From Frankiaceae bacterium (lineage in GTDB: Bacteria; Actinomycetota; Actinomycetes; JAFAQI01), in NCBI GenBank assembly GCA_025929315.1, contig JAICMI010000003.1:132-64131 (forward strand): a stretch of DNA of 64,000 nucleotides. Reading direction: 5' to 3'. Shown here piece after piece: positions 62,050-64,000 of this stretch. The position numbers and the translations under genes were made by a program. How positions within the stretch are numbered: the first letter of the stretch is position 1; each line of letters begins with the position of its first letter. The notes below the pieces were generated by a model. The model made no database searches. It had not been told where the DNA came from and saw nothing but the letters and a program-made list of their open reading frames with translations.

Positions 62050-63162
62050 GTGGCCGGCGAGAGCAGCATCGCGACGCCGCAACGCCGGGCCGACGCCCGC
62101 GTGTGGCTCGCGCTCTGGGTCGTCTACATCGTCTGGGGCTCGACCTACCTCGCGATCCGCCTCGGTGTGCGTCCCGCCCACGGCGCGCCCTTCCCGCCTC
62201 TCCTCTACGCCGGCTTCCGGTTCACGGTGGCGGGCGCCCTGATGCTCGCGTTCACCGTCCGCCGGCCGGCCGCCGACGGCCGCCCCGACCCGCTCGGGGC
62301 ACGCCAGTGGTTCGCCGGCGCAGTGATCGGCGTCGCACTGCTCCTCGGCGGCAACGGTTTGGTCTCCCTCGCCGAGAAACGCATCCCCTCCGGCATCGCG
62401 GCGCTCGTCGTGGCGACCGTCCCGATCTGGGCGGCCCTCCTCGGCGCCGTCAGCGGTCAGGAACGCATCACGCTTCGGCACGCTCTCGGCCTTGCGCTCG
62501 GCTTCTCCGGCGTTGCCGCCCTCGTCGCGGGCACCGGCTCCGGCCGGGTGCAGTTCACCGGCGTGCTCATCGTTCTTGCGGCGTCGTTGTCCTGGGCCGC
62601 CGGCTCCGTCTGGTCGCGCACCGCCCCGACGGTTCGCCGCCCCCTTGTCATGACCGGCATGGAGATGCTCGCCGGCGGTCTCGCCTGCTTCGCCGTCGGC
62701 TTTGCCGTAGGCGAGGGCCACGACCTTCATCTGGGCCGGACGTCGACGAGTGCCTGGCTTGCGCTCGGCTACCTCGCCGTCTTCGGCTCGCTGCTCGCCT
62801 ACACCGCCTACATCTGGCTGCTGAAGAACGCCGCTCTCTCGTTGGTGACGACCTACGCCTACGTCAACCCGTTGGTCGCGATCCTGCTCGGCATCGTGTT
62901 CGTCGACGAACCCTTCACCGCCCGCACCGTTCTCGCCACAGTGCTCATCACCCTCGGCGTCATCCTCATGGTGATGAGAAAAGGGGAAGCCCGAGGAGTG
63001 ACCCGCAGCGGCCGTGCTCGGGCGCGGAAGGCCAGCATTGACGGCATGGAGCGTCGTGTGCCGCCCCGGAAGGACCGTGTGACTTCGGCCGAAGGCCGAA
63101 CGGCACCAGGTCCGGAGGGGCGTCCGCACGACGCCGCAGAACAGGAAGCTGGCTGTCGGTGA
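62050..63162 (+). CDS. EamA/DMT superfamily transporter
   Basis: 370 aa with about 10 TM segments. LALWVVYIVWGSTYLAIRLGV is present. The hydrophilic C-terminal tail overlaps the next gene start (GTGA). Confidence 0.85.
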   Translation: MAGESSIATPQRRADARVWLALWVVYIVWGSTYLAIRLGVRPAHGAPFPPLLYAGFRFTVAGALMLAFTVRRPAADGRPDPLGARQWFAGAVIGVALLLGGNGLVSLAEKRIPSGIAALVVATVPIWAALLGAVSGQERITLRHALGLALGFSGVAALVAGTGSGRVQFTGVLIVLAASLSWAAGSVWSRTAPTVRRPLVMTGMEMLAGGLACFAVGFAVGEGHDLHLGRTSTSAWLALGYLAVFGSLLAYTAYIWLLKNAALSLVTTYAYVNPLVAILLGIVFVDEPFTARTVLATVLITLGVILMVMRKGEARGVTRSGRARARKASIDGMERRVPPRKDRVTSAEGRTAPGPEGRPHDAAEQEAGCR

Positions 63163-64000
63163 CGAGCACGGCTCTGCTCACGGATCACTACGAGCTGACG
63201 ATGGTGCAGGCCGCCCTGCAGAGCGGCGCGGCGGAGCGACGTTGTGTCTTCGAGGTCTTCGCCAGGTCACTGCCCGGCCGACGGCGCTACGGCGTCGTCG
63301 CGGGGCTCGGCCGTCTCGTCGAGGACCTGCCGCAGTTCCGGTACGACGCCGAGTCGCTGGAGTTCCTCGCGGCGACAGGAGTGATCGACCGCGCGACGTG
63401 TGAGTGGCTGTCGACGTACCGGTTCACCGGGTCGATCGACGGCTACGCGGAGGGTGAGGCCTACTTCCCCGGCTCACCGGTGCTCGTGGTCGAAGGCAGC
63501 TTCGCCGAGTGCGTCGTGCTCGAGACGCTGGTCCTGTCGGTGCTCAACCACGACAGCGCGATCTCGACAGCTGCTGCACGCATGGTGTGCGCAGCGGGCG
63601 ACCGGCCGTGCATCGAGATGGGCTCCAGGCGCACGCACGAGTGGGCTGCTGTCGCGAGCGCGCGCGCTGCGTACATCGCCGGCTTCACGGCCAGCTCCAA
63701 CCTCGCCGCCGGCAAGAAGTGGGGCGTGCCGACAACGGGCACTGCCGCTCATGCCTTCACCCTGGTGCACCACGACGAGGAAACGGCGTTCGCGAGTCAG
63801 GTCGACGCACTCGGCCGTGACACGACGCTGCTCGTCGACACCTACGACGTCGAGCAGGGGATCCGGCGAGCGGTCGGAGCCGCCGGCCCGGAGCTCGGCG
63901 CGATCCGGCTCGACTCGGGCGACCTGCTGCCGCTTGCGCATCGCGCCCGCCAGCTGCTCGACGAGCTCGGCGCGACGAAGACGCGCATCGTCGTCACGAG
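63159..64000 (+). CDS. pncB: Nicotinate phosphoribosyltransferase, 5' part (runs off the window)
   Basis: Hand-translated from GTG 63159: VTSTALLTDHYELTMVQAAL..., with GTAAHAF, LLVDTYD and IRLDSGD. There is no stop before 64000, so it is absent from the ORF track. Confidence 0.9.
   Translation, partial: MTSTALLTDHYELTMVQAALQSGAAERRCVFEVFARSLPGRRRYGVVAGLGRLVEDLPQFRYDAESLEFLAATGVIDRATCEWLSTYRFTGSIDGYAEGEAYFPGSPVLVVEGSFAECVVLETLVLSVLNHDSAISTAAARMVCAAGDRPCIEMGSRRTHEWAAVASARAAYIAGFTASSNLAAGKKWGVPTTGTAAHAFTLVHHDEETAFASQVDALGRDTTLLVDTYDVEQGIRRAVGAAGPELGAIRLDSGDLLPLAHRARQLLDELGATKTRIVVT

Overview
High-GC (about 70% by eye) actinobacterial chromosomal segment, densely coded. I support about 60 CDS, one tRNA, one frameshifted HNH endonuclease gene, and no CRISPR array, integrase or transposase. 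All family calls come from reading the supplied translations and recognising motifs by eye; no database search was run. From 56.0 to 64.0 kb the gene order is rdgB, rph, MBL hydrolase, murI, cysM, cysO, mec, DUF2017, clpS, DMT transporter, pncB. I recall the same order for M. tuberculosis Rv1341 to Rv1330c. A cell-envelope and development block lies at 42.5-50.9 kb: SpoIID/LytB, two LCP genes, GT2, DUF3048 and an SsgB-like gene. The left end (0.4-6 kb) has a SigG-type ECF sigma factor, a VOC gene and two pirin genes. The most unusual content lies at 15.4-32.4 kb. Two paralogous LIV/HAAT-type ABC operons face each other and end at one shared 23-bp hairpin. Each encodes a membrane-anchored, Cys-rich binding-protein-like protein, a fused LivH/LivM permease, a fused LivF/LivG ATPase and a conserved, uncharacterised secreted and membrane-anchored fourth protein. 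In one copy the ATPase is fused to a complete 12-TM MFS domain (970 aa). That copy is co-transcribed with a TetR gene and an acyl-CoA ligase, and lies divergent to an esterase/Baeyer-Villiger monooxygenase/alcohol dehydrogenase operon. The other copy sits directly downstream of an Rv1264-like adenylate cyclase gene and a perfect CRP palindrome (TGTGACGCAGGTCACA). Other items worth a second look are a 73-nt tRNA with a Leu (UAG) anticodon and Leu-like D-arm but no long variable arm, two translationally coupled small ORFs upstream of a DMT exporter, and a small secreted Cys-containing ORF between mec and cysO.
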